Origin: Octopus vulgaris
Taxonomy: Eukaryota
Direction of reading: 5' to 3'
Assembly (NCBI GenBank): GCA_951406725.2
Contig: OX597815.1
Span: forward strand, 26,660,001-26,724,000
DNA: 64,000 nt
The translations under genes and the position numbers were made by a program. Below, in pieces: positions 12,593 to 26,447 of the stretch. Under the pieces are notes generated by a model. It made no database searches. It saw only the letters and a program-made list of their open reading frames with translations, and was not told the DNA's origin. Every line of letters starts with the position of its first letter. Position 1 is the first letter of the stretch.

Positions 12593-12983
12593 TCTCTCTA
12601 TATATAAAGCTGAAGTTGTCTGTGTGCGGCAGGTTTGGTAGCTTTCAACTAACACTATCTCCTCCGAGACCCTGCGGCGCAAGTTGACCAAAATTGAAAG
12701 TATGATAGAAGAAGGCTTGCTCTTCCTTCCCTAGAAGAAAAAATTCAAATCGGACATGTTAACACTAAAAATTATTACATCAAAAATGTGCTTTTTTTTC
12801 TATGAAAATCCCTATTTTTTACGATTTATTGACTGCTATGTCGCCATTTTTCGGTGTATTTCAACCAGAAAAACGTTCACTTAAAGAGAATAACAAGCTA
12901 CATAATGTAAAATTTTTACTTTTCAAAAATTCCAATTCTAAAGGGTCAAAACAAAACTGAGCAACGCCGGGCGGTACTGCTAG
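12593..12983 (+). mobile_element. Non-autonomous Helitron
   Basis: 5' A^TCTCTCTATATATAAAG, 3' GC-rich subterminal GAGCAACGCCGGGCG then CTAG^T; no TSD. Confidence 0.75.
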
Positions 12984-13009
12984 TATTAAATAAAAGAATT
13001 AAAAACACA

Positions 13010-13107
13010 GGTACACACACGCACACGCGCATACACATATACATATATACATACATACATATATACATACATACATACATACATACATACATACATACAT
13101 ACATACA
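13010..13107. repeat. (ACAT)n microsatellite
   Basis: Direct inspection. Confidence 0.95.
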
Positions 13108-13271
13108 ACCGAAATGTGCGTCTACGGTGCACGTATGTATACTTTTATTCTTTTATTTCAGAGTGTTGACTTCCTCTCCATTCCTATGCCTTTAGTTTTG
13201 AGGGGAAATTTTTGAAGAACTATGTGTGGCCCCTTTGAAAGTCAGGCCGTTGCAACACCCTGTTCCCGCTC

Positions 13272-13313
<42 letters not shown>

Positions 13314-13458
13314 ACGAGACGTCTCGGAACGCGCGCGTGCGCGTATGTGTTGTGAGAAAAATTGCATAACAGTAAAAAAATAATAAAACCATTAATAAAA
13401 CGCTATTTCCATAAGCAGGTCAATGTTCTTTCTTTCTGTAAACAACCACGTTGATTCA

Positions 13459-13508
<50 letters not shown>

Positions 13509-14570
13509 TACATCTCTACGATCTGTTGCAGGCGCAAAAGGCAACCGTAAACTCACACATGTACAAATACAGCTTAGACACTCTCGCATACACACAAACC
13601 TAATAATTATGTGCTAGTTAACGCTTTAGATTATCAAGTTGAAACATGGTACAGTCGTCGTAAAATATTGGTAATCATTGTGTTACTCTCATAAAAAGCA
13701 GAGAAAACATCAAACATGTAATTATATTTGAAAACAATAGACTATTTCTCGTGTCGTTGTTGTTATATTTTTTTCTCGTCATAACAAGAAGCGTATTTCG
13801 TCTAATCTGGGACGTTTTATTTTCAGGCTTTAAAAAAAAAATGAGTATAAAATATGTATAGGGTTTTTGTTTTTTAGGGGGGTTTTTTGTGTGTGTGTGT
13901 GTGTGTGTGAGGTGGGAGACAAAAAAGAAACATATTAATACATTTTTTTTTTCGATCAACCCCAAGACATTTTCTCTTGCTGATGATATTGTTGCTACAA
14001 TTATTGTTGTTGCTTCTGTTTTTGTCTCTTAAAGTAAGACGCGAAAAATAAATCGGAAACAATCCAGGGACGCTAGAAAGAAATATGTAAAAATGTAGAG
14101 GCGAAGAAAAAAGTGTGAAGAAGGGAAAATATTCACCAAGTCCAAACTTCGAATAAAAAGAACAGGGTCTGTATGTTAGACTACAGAACCCACAGCAGGC
14201 TTAAGGCATTGATATGCTGGATATTTGCCAGGAGTGGGTCACGAATCTAGAAACCCAATGTAAATCAATGTGCGTTGTAGCTGTGTTCACAGGGGCTCCA
14301 GAACATTGCTTTGCTTGGGGTCCTATAATACTGGAAAGGCGACCTTGCTCGACAGTACAAGTGTCTCTATCGCCTACAGAAGTGACTTGTATCTCCGTAC
14401 AGTTTGACTGTTGCCTGGTTTAAACACCACCACTTGACCTTTGGGTGCTTTTAGCGAGTCACTGCTATTGCTGACATTTCCGATCAAGTCTCTGGTCTAA
14501 AGATAACTTCTTTCCTTCTTCTCTTCCTCTCATCAATCTCGATGAGTTGAATTGCCGTGTGGAGTGAGAA

Positions 14571-14602
<32 letters not shown>

Positions 14603-14719
14603 CGCGCGCACGCATGTGTGGGTGGGGGTGTATGTGTGAGAGAGAGAGAGAGAGAGAGAATTTTGTGTTTGCAGGAAGAGACTAATTCAGAGCTTCGATT
14701 CAGAATTTGATTCCTGAAT

Positions 14720-15540
14720 ACGAGAATGTGGTTTCATTAATCCAAAGTTGGCAGGGTTTGTTATTATGTTGGTATGATGGTGCATGAGACTATATTCTTT
14801 TATTAATGATAACTGTAGTACATTTATTTTAATGTCCATATATATTTAGGTAGTGAGGTATGATTTTTCCTGTTTGGATTACCGAAAAGTATACCTGAGT
14901 TGGTTGTATCGTATCTTGAACTGGTTTGTTGAAGATCCTATATATGTGGATGTAGTAGTTGGTGTAGTGTTTGTGGTTACAGTTGCACTATAAACAATAT
15001 TGCTTGTGAGACAGTTTTCTTTTGGAGGGCAGGACGAAGGGGTTCTGAAGTTGTGGTTGTTGCTGTTATGAATGTTGTTTTGATTTTCACTTTTAGGCTG
15101 ATTTTGCTGGTTGGAATTGGCTGCAGTTTTTTCGAAATCGTTAGTTCAGGAATATGAGAATTTTGTGTTGTTTTTATTTATTAGTTTGTGAACTTTGTGG
15201 TTGGGGTGAAAGTGTTTGGAGAAAATTCTGAAAATTAATTTGGATATAAGTGTAGGGACTTGTATATTGATGGGAGATTGAACCAGAAAATATTACTTCT
15301 ATTCTTATGTTTTTATTTGTTATGGGTATGGTATTATTTATATACTGCACTTTTTCTTGTAATTTCGCTGTATGGAGTTGTTATTTCGTTGAGTATTTAT
15401 CATTGCAAGGTAAAGAAAGTTTTAGCGATAAATTCCTTAATAGGTTTTAATCATGCTTTGGGGTGGTTGGATTGTTAATGAATACTGAAGATTTTCGTTA
15501 TCTTTCTTGTGGCGTTCTGATTCGAATGTAACGTGAAAGT
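14720..15540 (-). mobile_element. Penelope-like element fragment (linker plus GIY-YIG endonuclease)
   Basis: Manual minus-strand translation: NIFWFNLP, SCPPKENCLTSNIVYSATVTT...YIGSSTNQFKIRYNQ...TSLPKYIWTLK. Confidence 0.75.
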
Positions 15541-16219
15541 TGACTGATTGTAAATGTGCTTCTACTGCAATAGAGAAACTTATATTTTTAAGGAAGTGAT
15601 ATAGTTCTTTCCTAAACATATATAGGTTTTTGTAGGAGGCGTCTCGAATGCTTGCAACAGAGCAAACTCTACTAAATGAACCCACGATAGCAGATGACGG
15701 TGTGAAAGTGGATGACGAATTTAGCCTACAATCCAAGTAAGCCATGAAGGGGTTTGAACTCATAAAAGAAAAAGCTGGATTAAGTAATTATTTTGATGGA
15801 CCACGAAACGATGGGAGTTGAACTCAGAGAGTCCGAACAGATACCGTGAAGCATTTTATACGGTGCTCTAACGTCTCCGCCAGTTCTCTGCCTACTACTC
15901 TAGATTTCGTTCAGGTGATTGCAGTAATCTGCAATAAGAAGGAACGAGATGACACAGAGAAAGGATACTTGGTGTTTATAGTCTTTCAACAATATGGCCA
16001 GATATTACGACTTTCATCTTTCAGCGAAGTCTTTGAAGAGACGTGAGTCGTAACATCTGGCCATGTTGTAAGAAGACATTAACCACCAAATATACATATA
16101 CAAGTGTGTGTGTGTGTGTACATGTGTGTGTGTGTCTGTCTGTCTGTGTGCGCGCGCTGCAAAAATAATTGCTTCAGAAACTACATTGTCTGATGAATTC
16201 TTTTTTTATGGTGGTATTA

Positions 16220-16433
16220 GGCGGCGAGCTGGCAGAAACGTTAGTACGCCGGGCGAAATGCTTAGCGGTATTTCGTCTGACTTTACCTTCTGAGTTCAAA
16301 TTCCGCCGAGGTCGACTTTGCCTTTCATCCTTTCAGGGTCGATAAATTAAGTACCAGTTGCGTACTGGGTAAATCTAATCGAATGGCCCCCCTACCCCAA
16401 AACTTCGGGCCTTGTGCCTAGAGTAGAAAAGAA
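16220..16433 (+). mobile_element. SINE family A (tail type 2)
   Basis: Same head and body as 327-559, but tail CCCCAAAACTTCGGGCCTTGTGCCTAGAGTAGAAAAGAA. Confidence 0.88.
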
Positions 16434-18656
16434 AAGCAAAATATACCTACTATTTCTAGCACATCGTGTAACCAAGTAGAGGTCAGTTGATGAATATTTT
16501 ATTTGAAATTTCTACCAGTATTTTTTAAAGGTTCAGATGCTGTTTGATAGATCTACCCTGACAAACTTGCATTCAAAGACTTTAAAGCCATGATGCAGTA
16601 GAACCTATTCCTTTATTATGTAAGTTACGTACTCAAGCATAGCATATTCAACGATTTGTTCTACTTCTTGGTAGCACTGTAAGCGGGTCGAACAGTTGGC
16701 TTTAGACTGAACAGTCCTGCTTTTAACATTCTGTTTTCCAACCATTCTGAGCTGTATGTTGTCGCTGGTTCTTTGTTTTTTTTTTGTTTTTTTTTTTAGA
16801 CCAAAAAGAATTATGTATGAACTACAAAAGTTGTTTAAACTATAGGGTATCAAAGATCACCGTAACTACTATGCTTTTCGTCATGAAGCTCCCTTCACCT
16901 CTTTACGCTCTGGTTTTAATTGCAGCCGGTGTTTTAATTCATAAATTATGCAAATGACCAGACAAAAAGAAACGATTTATGGGCATAGTTATTATCCATA
17001 AATATTCGTGATCATAAGACCACCTTTATTGATTTTCTTTCACTCCTTGTAACAAGAATTCAATCATCCCTTATTAATCATTCTGTTTATCGGTACAGAC
17101 ACTGTAAAGGGTTTGTGATTAATTCCAAGGCTTCTTTTGGCATCCAAGTAAAACAATTTTTTTTTTTTTTAAAAAGCCTTGGAAACATATTTCCAGTTGC
17201 GTAATGTTGCAAATAAACAAGAGAAAAAGAAAACACGAGCATTAGATACTCAAAGAAACGTATAAGCCAAAATCTTAGAACACGATTAGCTAACGCTGAA
17301 ATTTCTATACTTCATCTTAACCGACTTGAAATAGCAGACTGATATCCCTCAAACCACACTCTGTTGTCTTAAAATGGAATGGCACATTATATGAAGTAAT
17401 CCTAGATGTCCTTAACAGTACAGAATGGACAAGATCGGAATGTCTTTGGTCATAGATTTGCGTTAACTAACACACATCCTTCGAACGGAGAAATTACTTG
17501 TGAAAGGAAATTTCCGTTTCACGCCGCCGGTGAATATTCAAATGACTTAATAGGTGACCTCAGTGATGCGTTTTTTATAAGTACATACGTTTGTTTGTTT
17601 GTGCATGCATATCTGTGTGTGTCCGAGCGTGCGCGTGTATGAATGCTAATCTATATATAGAGAGAAAGGAAGAAGTTATGTAAGACGTATCAGCATAGGT
17701 CTTTCTTTTTGTTTAACATATATCCACTTACATTTATTTTCCCGCTTCCTTCCCATTCTCTCTTTACGCTATTCTTCCACACTGTCTTTTTCTCTCTTCT
17801 TCGTCTATCTATTTATTAACCTTTAACTTTATTCCTCAAAGACTTAACGCACACATGTTCTATTAGTAAAATCTCGAAAATAAACAAAGAACTATGGAAA
17901 AATAACATTTCCAACACCATTATCGATATTGGCTCAATTTAGATTTAAATTAGGGCCTAATACTTTTCCCTGCGGGTAAGGCAAAAATATGTGTTACTTC
18001 AACCACGGATGTAAATGGAAAGGATGCATGTATATTTTTCTACCAACTGCTACAATAGAAATGTTTATTCAAAATCATTTTCATAACATCTATGGAATAA
18101 CGTGTATTTCGAAAGGAGTCTTGAAGAAACTTGATGAATTAATAAAATTAAAATAAATAAAACTACATACAGAAGATTAAAATGAAAAACAACGAATATT
18201 TTGAAATAAAATTTCAATATTTTGTCAAACTGATTAAAATAGATTACTTATTTTAAAACCTAAAACACGGTCTGTAAAGACGCCTGAAAAAATACGAAAT
18301 TTCATGTATCGTGAATAATTTACTGTCTATCGTTTGGTGATAGAAAATGCACACAAGTACACGATTATACATAATTTTTACTAAGATCCTATATCAATGT
18401 TATGTACTGCATTCTACTCCTAATGGTAAGTGTGTGTGAGTGTGTGTATGTTTGCGCGCGTGCGCACTTTTAAGCATTTTCAGTTATAAATTAAGTTTGT
18501 CTAAAATGATTGAAGATTCCACTTTGACTGAGGCGTTAAATTCTAAAATGAATTGAAAATTAATTTTGTGAAACATAAAGAAACAAACAGTTGATAAATT
18601 ATATAAGTTTTGTTTCCGGGTACTATTGACTTTTCGCAGACCTAATTTTTATTTCC

Positions 18657-18800
<144 letters not shown>

Positions 18801-19244
18801 CATTATTCGAAATATTGGTGCTGGTTTTATTGTTTCTTGTCTTTCAGTATCTAAGGAGTACATTTTTACATTTTCCATTTGTAATATTTGATGTTGAATT
18901 TTATGACTCGTGTTCAGATCTTTGATTTATCATTTAACATTTTCAAATCAAAGTAATTTATAAAACAGAATTCCTAAATTCCCCATACATCTCCATTTTC
19001 AAAAAGTACATAGATGTTATCTTTCTCTCAAACTGATTTTTAAAAAAAAACCATGTATTGGCTTCGAGCCATTCAGACACATTTATTTGGCGGGATGGTT
19101 ATTTAAGAAACACGAACGTGATGCATATGACATCATTTTACAATATTCCGCACGTATGATTCCATTTCATGTTTTTTGTACGTATCAAAATCTTTCGAAA
19201 TTGTCAGTTAATAATGAAACTTTTTATATTTCCCATAATTTTTT

Positions 19245-19450
19245 TCTACTATAGGCACAAGACCAGGAATTTAGTGGGATGTGGTAAGTCGATTACATTG
19301 ATCCCAGTACTTGACTGGTACTTATTTTATCGACCCCGAAATGATAAAAGGCAAAGTCAATCTCAGCAGAATTTAACCTCAAAGCATAAAGACGGACGAA
19401 ATAACGCTAAGTCTGTTGTCCAGCGTGCTAACGATTCTGCCAGCTCTCCG
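19245..19450 (-). mobile_element. SINE family A (tail type 2), diverged
   Basis: Homology to other copies. Confidence 0.8.
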
Positions 19451-19796
19451 ATTTAGAAAAACTAGAGCCACGAAAAGGATACAATACTTTTGGCCCTAAG
19501 GCTTTATTGGTCGTGAGCAATAGCAGAGAAGTAATGTGTATTTAATAGAGAAAATATTAGTAGAGTGTCGTTTCACTTAAAATTTGAATTACTGTTTTTT
19601 TATTCGATTTTTTTGAAGATGAAAATGTAATAACAAATACAAACATATATTTATACATCAATATTATATGGTCATCATTTGAATTGAAAACATCATGAGA
19701 ATATAAATGAGTGCTTACACTTGTTTTACGTCGTCTCTTTACTTTTTCTTTATTTTCACACACTGTCTTTTTCTCTTTAATCTCTCACACATTCAA

Positions 19797-19831
<35 letters not shown>

Positions 19832-19929
19832 GTCTGGAATTAAGAAAAGTGAATAAGTAAGGAAACAAAAGAGTGTGAAAGACGTCCTCATTATTTGCTC
19901 GACATAAAGAAAAGTAAAGTAACTAGTAT

Positions 19930-20146
19930 TCTTTTCTGCTCTGGGCACAAGGCCCAAAATTTTTGGCGGGGTGAGGCCAGTCGATTAGATCGACACCAGT
20001 ATGCAACTGGTGCTTAATTTATCGACCCCGGAAGGATGAAAGGTAAAGTCGACCACGGCGGATTTTTAACTCAGAACGTAACAGCAGACGAAATACCGCT
20101 ACGCATTTCGCGCGGCGTGCTAACGTCTCTGCCAGCTTGCCCCCTT
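19930..20146 (-). mobile_element. SINE family A (tail type 2) with 17-bp TSD
   Basis: Homology to other copies; AGTAAAGTAACTAGTAT on both sides. Confidence 0.9.
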
Positions 20147-20796
20147 AGTAAAGTAACTAGTATGTAAGATCAAATAACTCAAACATAGATATGGCTCTCT
20201 CGGTCTTCATTGGTTATCCAACGATTCATTAGGAAGTTATATAATTACTCCATATATAATAATTTCACTCTACACATAATAATAATTATATTTAAGATCT
20301 CTATGTATCAATATATGTATGTGTGTGTGTTATGGAGCTATCATCCATTGACAATTGTATATAGGTCCATAATCTATAAATATAAGTGTACGTTGTATTG
20401 GAGTAACTATCGACACGTATATAGGTATGTATTGAGTGTGAAGTATAGTCTATTAATAGATATGACTCAAGTCGTAGACGAAACAATATATTTTGTCAAA
20501 CAAACGATTATAGACGAAACATTTTTATTAGCTCTCAGACTTATCTTTCAGTACTTTGTTCTAAGTGACCACACACACATATACATTTATTTTTACACTT
20601 ACTTTAATAGTGATATTTCTTTTATACTATATCAAAGTGATGCCGAAAAATACAGTTCAATAAAATGCTACCCTAGATAAGCAAGCAGATAATTTCTAAA
20701 CCTTTTTTTTTTCACCCAAATATATCACGTAATTTAGGGGTTGTCTTTTCTAGAACCTTTTTTTTTACCCAGGTACATCACCTAATTTAGGAGTTA

Positions 20797-21167
20797 TCTT
20801 TTATCCATTTCAGTCACTGGGTTGCGGCCATGCTGGGGCACTCCCTTGAAGGGTTTTAGTTGAACAAATTGACCCAAGTAATTTTTTAAGCCTTCTTATT
20901 CTATCAGTCTCTTTATCGAAACGATAAGTTATGGGGACGCAAAGAAACCAACAGCGGTGATGGGACAGACACAAACATAAAGATATGCACATAGATATGT
21001 ACAAGCAAGGCAGGCTTCTTTCAGTTTCCGTCTACCAAATACACTCATAAGGCTTTGGGCGATATGTGACTGTTGTAGCATGCACTTGCCCCAAGGTGCC
21101 GCACGGTGAAACTGAACCCAAAATCACATGGTTGGAGTACAAGCTTCTTAACTACACAGCCACGCCT
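20797..21167 (-). mobile_element. SINE family B, diverged
   Basis: Homology to 2487-2897. Confidence 0.82.
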
Positions 21168-21435
21168 GATGCAAAATTTTGTAAAATGCTTCATAGCGTG
21201 AAGCGCTTTTAAACTATACAGAAATATAAGTGTTGACTATGAAGTAGAATCCGAAAAAAGACGTATACAATTTTCCATCAATAGTAAAATGTGCAGCATG
21301 TGGAGAATCTAAGCTAAAAAAGATATGCTTAAATATTCAGACATATTCTACACAAAAGTATTTGCGGTGCAGTTTTTCGATAGCAATTGTTGTCTATACT
21401 TAAATGATATTTGAAGTCTACTGTGAAAATAAGGA

Positions 21436-21658
21436 ATTACTCTTTACTCTTTTACTCTTTTACTTGTTTCAGTCATTTGACTGCGGCCATGCTGGAGCAC
21501 CGCCTTTAGTCGAGCAAATCGACCCCGGGACTTATTCTTTTTGTAAGCCCAGTACTTATTCTATCGGTCTCTTTTTGCCGAACCGCTAAGTAACGGGGAC
21601 GTAAACACACCAGCATCGGTTGTCAAGCAAAGCTAAGGGAACAAACACAGACACACAA

Positions 21659-21691
<33 letters not shown>

Positions 21692-21854
21692 CGACAGGCT
21701 TCTTTCAGTTTCCGTCTACCAAATCCACTCACAAGGCATTGGTCGGCCTGGGGCAATAGCAGTAGACATTTGCCCAAGATGCCACGCAGTGGGACTGAAC
21801 CCGGAACCATGTGGTTGGTTAGCAAGCTACTTACCACACAGCCATTCCTGCGCC
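21436..21854 (-). mobile_element. SINE family B, near full length
   Basis: Homology to 2487-2897; (GAGTAAA)n tail. Confidence 0.9.
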
Positions 21855-22009
21855 TATTATACAATATAAGAAATCAAAGATCTGAATCTGAATGAATTGT
21901 GTGTAATTATCACTGACAGTGCAAGGGTTTCTTAATCACGTTCTTATTATAAGCAAGCAGAATCGTTAGAGCATTAGACAAAATGCTTTGCAATGTTTCT
22001 TCTGCCCAA

Positions 22010-22222
22010 GGAGACGAGCTGGCAGAATCGTTACGAAGTCGGGCAAAACGCTTCGTGGTATTTCGTCCGTCTTTACATTTTGTGTTCAAATTCCACCGAG
22101 GTTGACTTTGCCTTTCATCCTTTCGAGGGCGATAAAAAAAAAAGTGCCAGTTGAACACTGGGGTCGATGTAATCGACTTAGCGCCTCCACCAAATTGCAT
22201 ATCTGGGGAAATAGGTAGAAAA
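22010..22222 (+). mobile_element. SINE family A, diverged
   Basis: Homology to other copies. Confidence 0.8.
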
Positions 22223-22483
22223 AAAATTAACAAATACAGGCTACTGAGCATAAATTTAATTAGCTTTTATGATTGATTGATTGATTCTAGTTTCAGCTCA
22301 TGAGCTGTGGCCATGCTGGGGTACCACCATTTTATGTCAAATAAAAAATATTTTTTCTTTATGTAACAAATAAAAATCAGTTTTCCTGTATGTAATCACC
22401 CTATCTTAAATTATCAATATTTCTTGTATGTTGCTTGTATCGCTTACTGGATCTGATAAAATAATGTTTTACTAGAAAATATT

Positions 22484-23102
22484 GGAGACTTCCTCATGTC
22501 CCCCACCCCCTCACTTTCTCACAAATTATTATTTTTTTTATTTATTTATCTATTTATTTATTTTTGCCAAAAACCCACGTTTTCGGATACGGAGATTCCG
22601 GAAAATTGCAAAAAATTAGAATTTTGAAATTTTTTGTGTGTGTGTGTGTCCCCCCACTCCCCTCTCAAATTTCTTCATTTTTTTTTTTTTTCCACTTTTT
22701 TTCCGTAACCCTAACCCTAACTCTAACCCTAAAACCCTAACCATAAGTAGAAAATTTTGGGGAAATTTGTTTCAGAATCATAATCACCGTTTTTTTCCGC
22801 ATATTTTGACAAAAAAAAAAATTATGAAAAAAAATTTTACAAAAATTTTCGAAACTTTTCAGTATCATAATCTCCGTATTTTTCAACATATTTTGAAAGA
22901 AAAAATTTCTGAAAAAAGTTTAAAATCAAGAAGTTAGGGAGGTGGATTTCAAAATGCCGATTTTTGCCAATTTTTTCTTTTTGCAGATTCGTAGTCTCCG
23001 TAGCCGAAAACGGGGGTTTGTGTTGAAAAAAAAATTAAATTTTAAAAAATGGGTGTTTAGGAAGTTACAACAGGAAGTCTTGCTACAAGAGGAAGTATTG
23101 CC
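22484..23102. mobile_element. Merlin-type (GG...CC, 8-bp TSD) non-autonomous DNA element with internal (CCCTAA)n
   Basis: TSD AAAATATT at 22476-22483 and 23103-23110; termini GGAGACTTCCTC / GAGGAAGTATTGCC; subterminal IR CGTTTTCGGATACGGAGA / TCTCCGTAGCCGAAAACG; telomere-like repeats at 22706-22742. Superfamily is inferred. Confidence 0.7.
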
Positions 23103-23239
23103 AAAATATTATATTTGTTAATTTGCCAATTACTTAACCTTATGCAACTTTAAGATCTTATTATTCACCTCTTTATTATTCATTTCATTTATTAGTTACA
23201 AATTATTTGCACATTCCCATCAATTTAAAGAATTATTTG

Positions 23240-23649
23240 GGATCTTTTCGGTTTGAACGGCAGTTTTTTTTCTAGCGGTGTCATATGAAATTGTCACTCA
23301 TAATTATGACCTTAGTATCGATCTATTGCATTTCAATCTGTTTCAGGGTTAGGGTTAGGGGTGGGGGGAAGGGTATATTTTTTCTTCAGAAATGTAAATA
23401 AAGCCAATTTGTTTCTTAAACGAGGGACATATTCATACGGCACAGAATGTTTTTTTTACCTCAATAGACGTCAGTGATTGGTTGAAGTTGCAGAAATTGA
23501 AGAAAGAAAAAAAACAACAAATATCTTACAAACTATAGAATTTTCTCAATAAAGCCAAGAGAAAAAGATGTTTTATAAACACATTCTACCAGTATACGAA
23601 GTTTAAAAGATATTATTTTATAAAACTGCCGTTCAAACCGAAAAGATCC
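23240..23649 (+). mobile_element. GGATC-MITE copy 1 (Merlin-type), 8-bp TSD
   Basis: TIR GGATCTTTTCGGTTTGAACGGCAGTTTT and its reverse complement; TSD ATTATTTG; internal GGGTTAGGGTTAGGG. Confidence 0.9.
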
Positions 23650-24917
23650 ATTATTTGTTGTATAGATAAAATAACATTCCTACTGTTTTATTTTACATAT
23701 TTAAAAAAATTCTCCATGTTTCCTTTCTTAAAAAAGGCAAGCCTTATCTCATCTCATTTGGAGAGAAAAGGAAAACCCGGGAAAAAAATTCTTTATTTTC
23801 AATTAATACGGTGGTAATATTAAGGTATATTTAATAACTGGGTAATATTTTAGTCGACACCGCCAGTCTGTCGGATTCTGTTTCACATGACTTACGTTTT
23901 CTTCGTATTTTTGCATCCTTATAAAAATATTTAAATATATATGTATATATATCCTAAAAGACCAGATCACTCATTCCACCTCAAAAAAAAAGGAAGGCAT
24001 AGAAAAAGCATGTAACATTCCTTTGTAATTTTGTGAGTGTGTGTATTTTTTGGTTGTGTCTGTCTACTGACTTATCGCTTTATATATCATCTATATATAT
24101 ATATATATATACTTTACTAACTGCCAATGCTGTGAAGCAAGAAAACAGCGTCGATCACAGATATATTTAAACAAAAACAGATTTAATATTTACAAAAATA
24201 CAGACGAAAATGCTTCGTTTGAAGAGTGTTTCGATAAATTTCGTATAAACGGAGCACTGCCATAATCTATATTGTTGTTGTACTGTTGCTTACTAACCGA
24301 AATTCGATTGTTTCTTTCCTTTGTCTCTAAGTTCCTTTTCTGTTTTCGTTTCTATTTCGTAATGCAATCTATTGTTGTGTTGTTTGCTTCGCTTCAGACC
24401 TATCTTTCCTATTAAAACTGTATATTTCCTTTGTTCCTGTGTTTGACTTTATTTTTTTAAAAAGAAAAAAGATTATTGTTTATTTCTACTAAATTTTCTT
24501 TCAAAGTTATATAAATTTAATTCTGTCCAATCTTGCTGAGGGATTATGTTATTAATTCAGTAAATAATAATTAATAAATACTAATTTGCATATAACTACC
24601 GGAAGAATATTTTTTTTCCTTCGTATATTTCTAATAATATTTAAAATAGTGTTAAAAATTACTTTAGAAAACTTTGTCATCCTATACTTCGAAAATGATA
24701 ATATCCTAAATGAACCTTATAACTAGTTTTATTTATTTATCTATTTTTTGAAATATTCATAATAATTACTCAGAAATTTTGAAAGAATTTTACATTCAGC
24801 TTTGTTATTATTATTATCATTATTAGTATTACTATTATTATTATTTGCATGTAATGACTTGTGTAAATCACTGATTTACATTCTAGGAAAACCATTATCA
24901 CAGGACAGCTCAGAGAC

Positions 24918-25982
24918 ATGGGTAATAACACATCCCAGTGGTACAGTTGCGTTCCAAAGCATGTATTAACATCGTGTACACTCCCAAAGGAGCCTCCTTG
25001 GCAGGAACAGCAGAGTTTAAATAATAATCACAAGCAGCTCATCCCATCAAATCAAGCAACAGACAACCTACTTCAAGCCATCGTACAGGATGATTGCAGT
25101 GAACTACAGCAGCTGATGGATACCAATATTGACTTGAATATACCATTAAATGACAACAATGAAACAGCATTAATACTGGCTGTTCGTTTGGGACACACTA
25201 ATCAGGTGAAAACACTCATCAACCAACCATCTTGTGATAAGAATAAACTGAATATAAAAAACTGTTCTACTTTTGATATTGCACTAATCTATGCCTACAA
25301 TCAATGCACAGAAGTTGAAGATAATGTGAACTATTGGGAAATCATCAAAATCCTTATGTCAACCAGCTTCGATCCCATCTGCAAAGATGCCATGTTGTAT
25401 GTGGTAAGAACTGCTTTGAAATATGGAAACACTGACTTCATTAACCAACTTTCTGAAATAGCAATCAAGTATTGCACATCGTGCAAATTTCATGAACTTC
25501 TTCTCCTGCAGCTACACCGACACCAACCAGTTTTTGAAGGGCCAATGGATGATATTTTTACAACACTTTCCAAATTTACAATCAAACTATTATGTGAATG
25601 CAGTGGCTCAGAACTTGTACCAATTGTAAATTCTATGAAATATTACTTGGAATCTCATTGGCATGATAAACAAAACAAACTACATGTGTCTAAGAAATTA
25701 GCATTATACGCCACTGCATCTGGTTGGCATTGGTCAACTCAGTATATTGATTATATCTCTAGAGTGGACCCTTATCTCAGCAGTTGGTGTGTAATGACAT
25801 CTAAAACTGTTCCTTCTCTGCATCATCTTTGTCGCTGTGCCTACCGTAAAACACTCACATGTTCTGTAAGTATATCCTTCGAGAAGTTTCCACAAGCTAT
25901 CCCTAGAGTCATTCAAGAATACATTTGTTTGAAAGATGTAGAGTTATTATGTAGAAAAAATCTTCAATCAATTACTTTCTAA
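24918..25982 (+). CDS. Ankyrin-repeat and SOCS-box protein (ASB-like), 354 aa, single coding exon
   Basis: Long clean ORF; ankyrin motifs LLQAIVQDDCSELQQLM and NETALILAVRLGHTNQVKTLI; C-terminal SOCS box VPSLHHLCRCAYRKTL...IPRVIQEYI; splice acceptor TTCTAG at 24882-24887, 30 nt before the ATG. Confidence 0.88.
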   Translation: MGNNTSQWYSCVPKHVLTSCTLPKEPPWQEQQSLNNNHKQLIPSNQATDNLLQAIVQDDCSELQQLMDTNIDLNIPLNDNNETALILAVRLGHTNQVKTLINQPSCDKNKLNIKNCSTFDIALIYAYNQCTEVEDNVNYWEIIKILMSTSFDPICKDAMLYVVRTALKYGNTDFINQLSEIAIKYCTSCKFHELLLLQLHRHQPVFEGPMDDIFTTLSKFTIKLLCECSGSELVPIVNSMKYYLESHWHDKQNKLHVSKKLALYATASGWHWSTQYIDYISRVDPYLSSWCVMTSKTVPSLHHLCRCAYRKTLTCSVSISFEKFPQAIPRVIQEYICLKDVELLCRKNLQSITF

Positions 25983-26447
25983 ATATTTTCCTCTGTATTA
26001 ATCTTTCATCCATTAATGCATGATTAAACTTCAGCATTAAAGCAATAAATCATTACCCATAATCTCAAAACTTTTATATAAAAACATACTTATAAATGAG
26101 GCCTTACTACTAACATTTAGTAGTAAAACTACATATGTGCATGTGTTTCTTAATATTACATGTATAAATTATTCAGGTATGTGTTTGTTCACTCACATAT
26201 AAGTGTATGTATACATGCATACATACATAAATACACACACTCATGCACACACACACATATATATATATAAATTTTTATACTCCAGAAGACTTTTGCTCAT
26301 TAAGTGGTACTGTATCTTGCTATTTTGAAATTACTCTGGCTGCTATTCGAGAGGACATATATATATATATATATATATAAAGAAATATTTATCCAATTGA
26401 AGAAGTATAGCAACTACTGTGAAGTTAAGTTTCTGTACTATTAACCA

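Noticed and set aside
16605-16853. 82-aa minus-strand ORF as a possible exon
   Set aside because: Crosses a poly-A tract, with no recognisable motif or convincing pair of splice sites
20210-20680. 156-aa ORF
   Set aside because: Non-ATG start, low-complexity AT-rich composition, no motifs
22706-22742. Chromosome end or fusion telomere relic
   Set aside because: Short tract internal to a TSD-flanked DNA element
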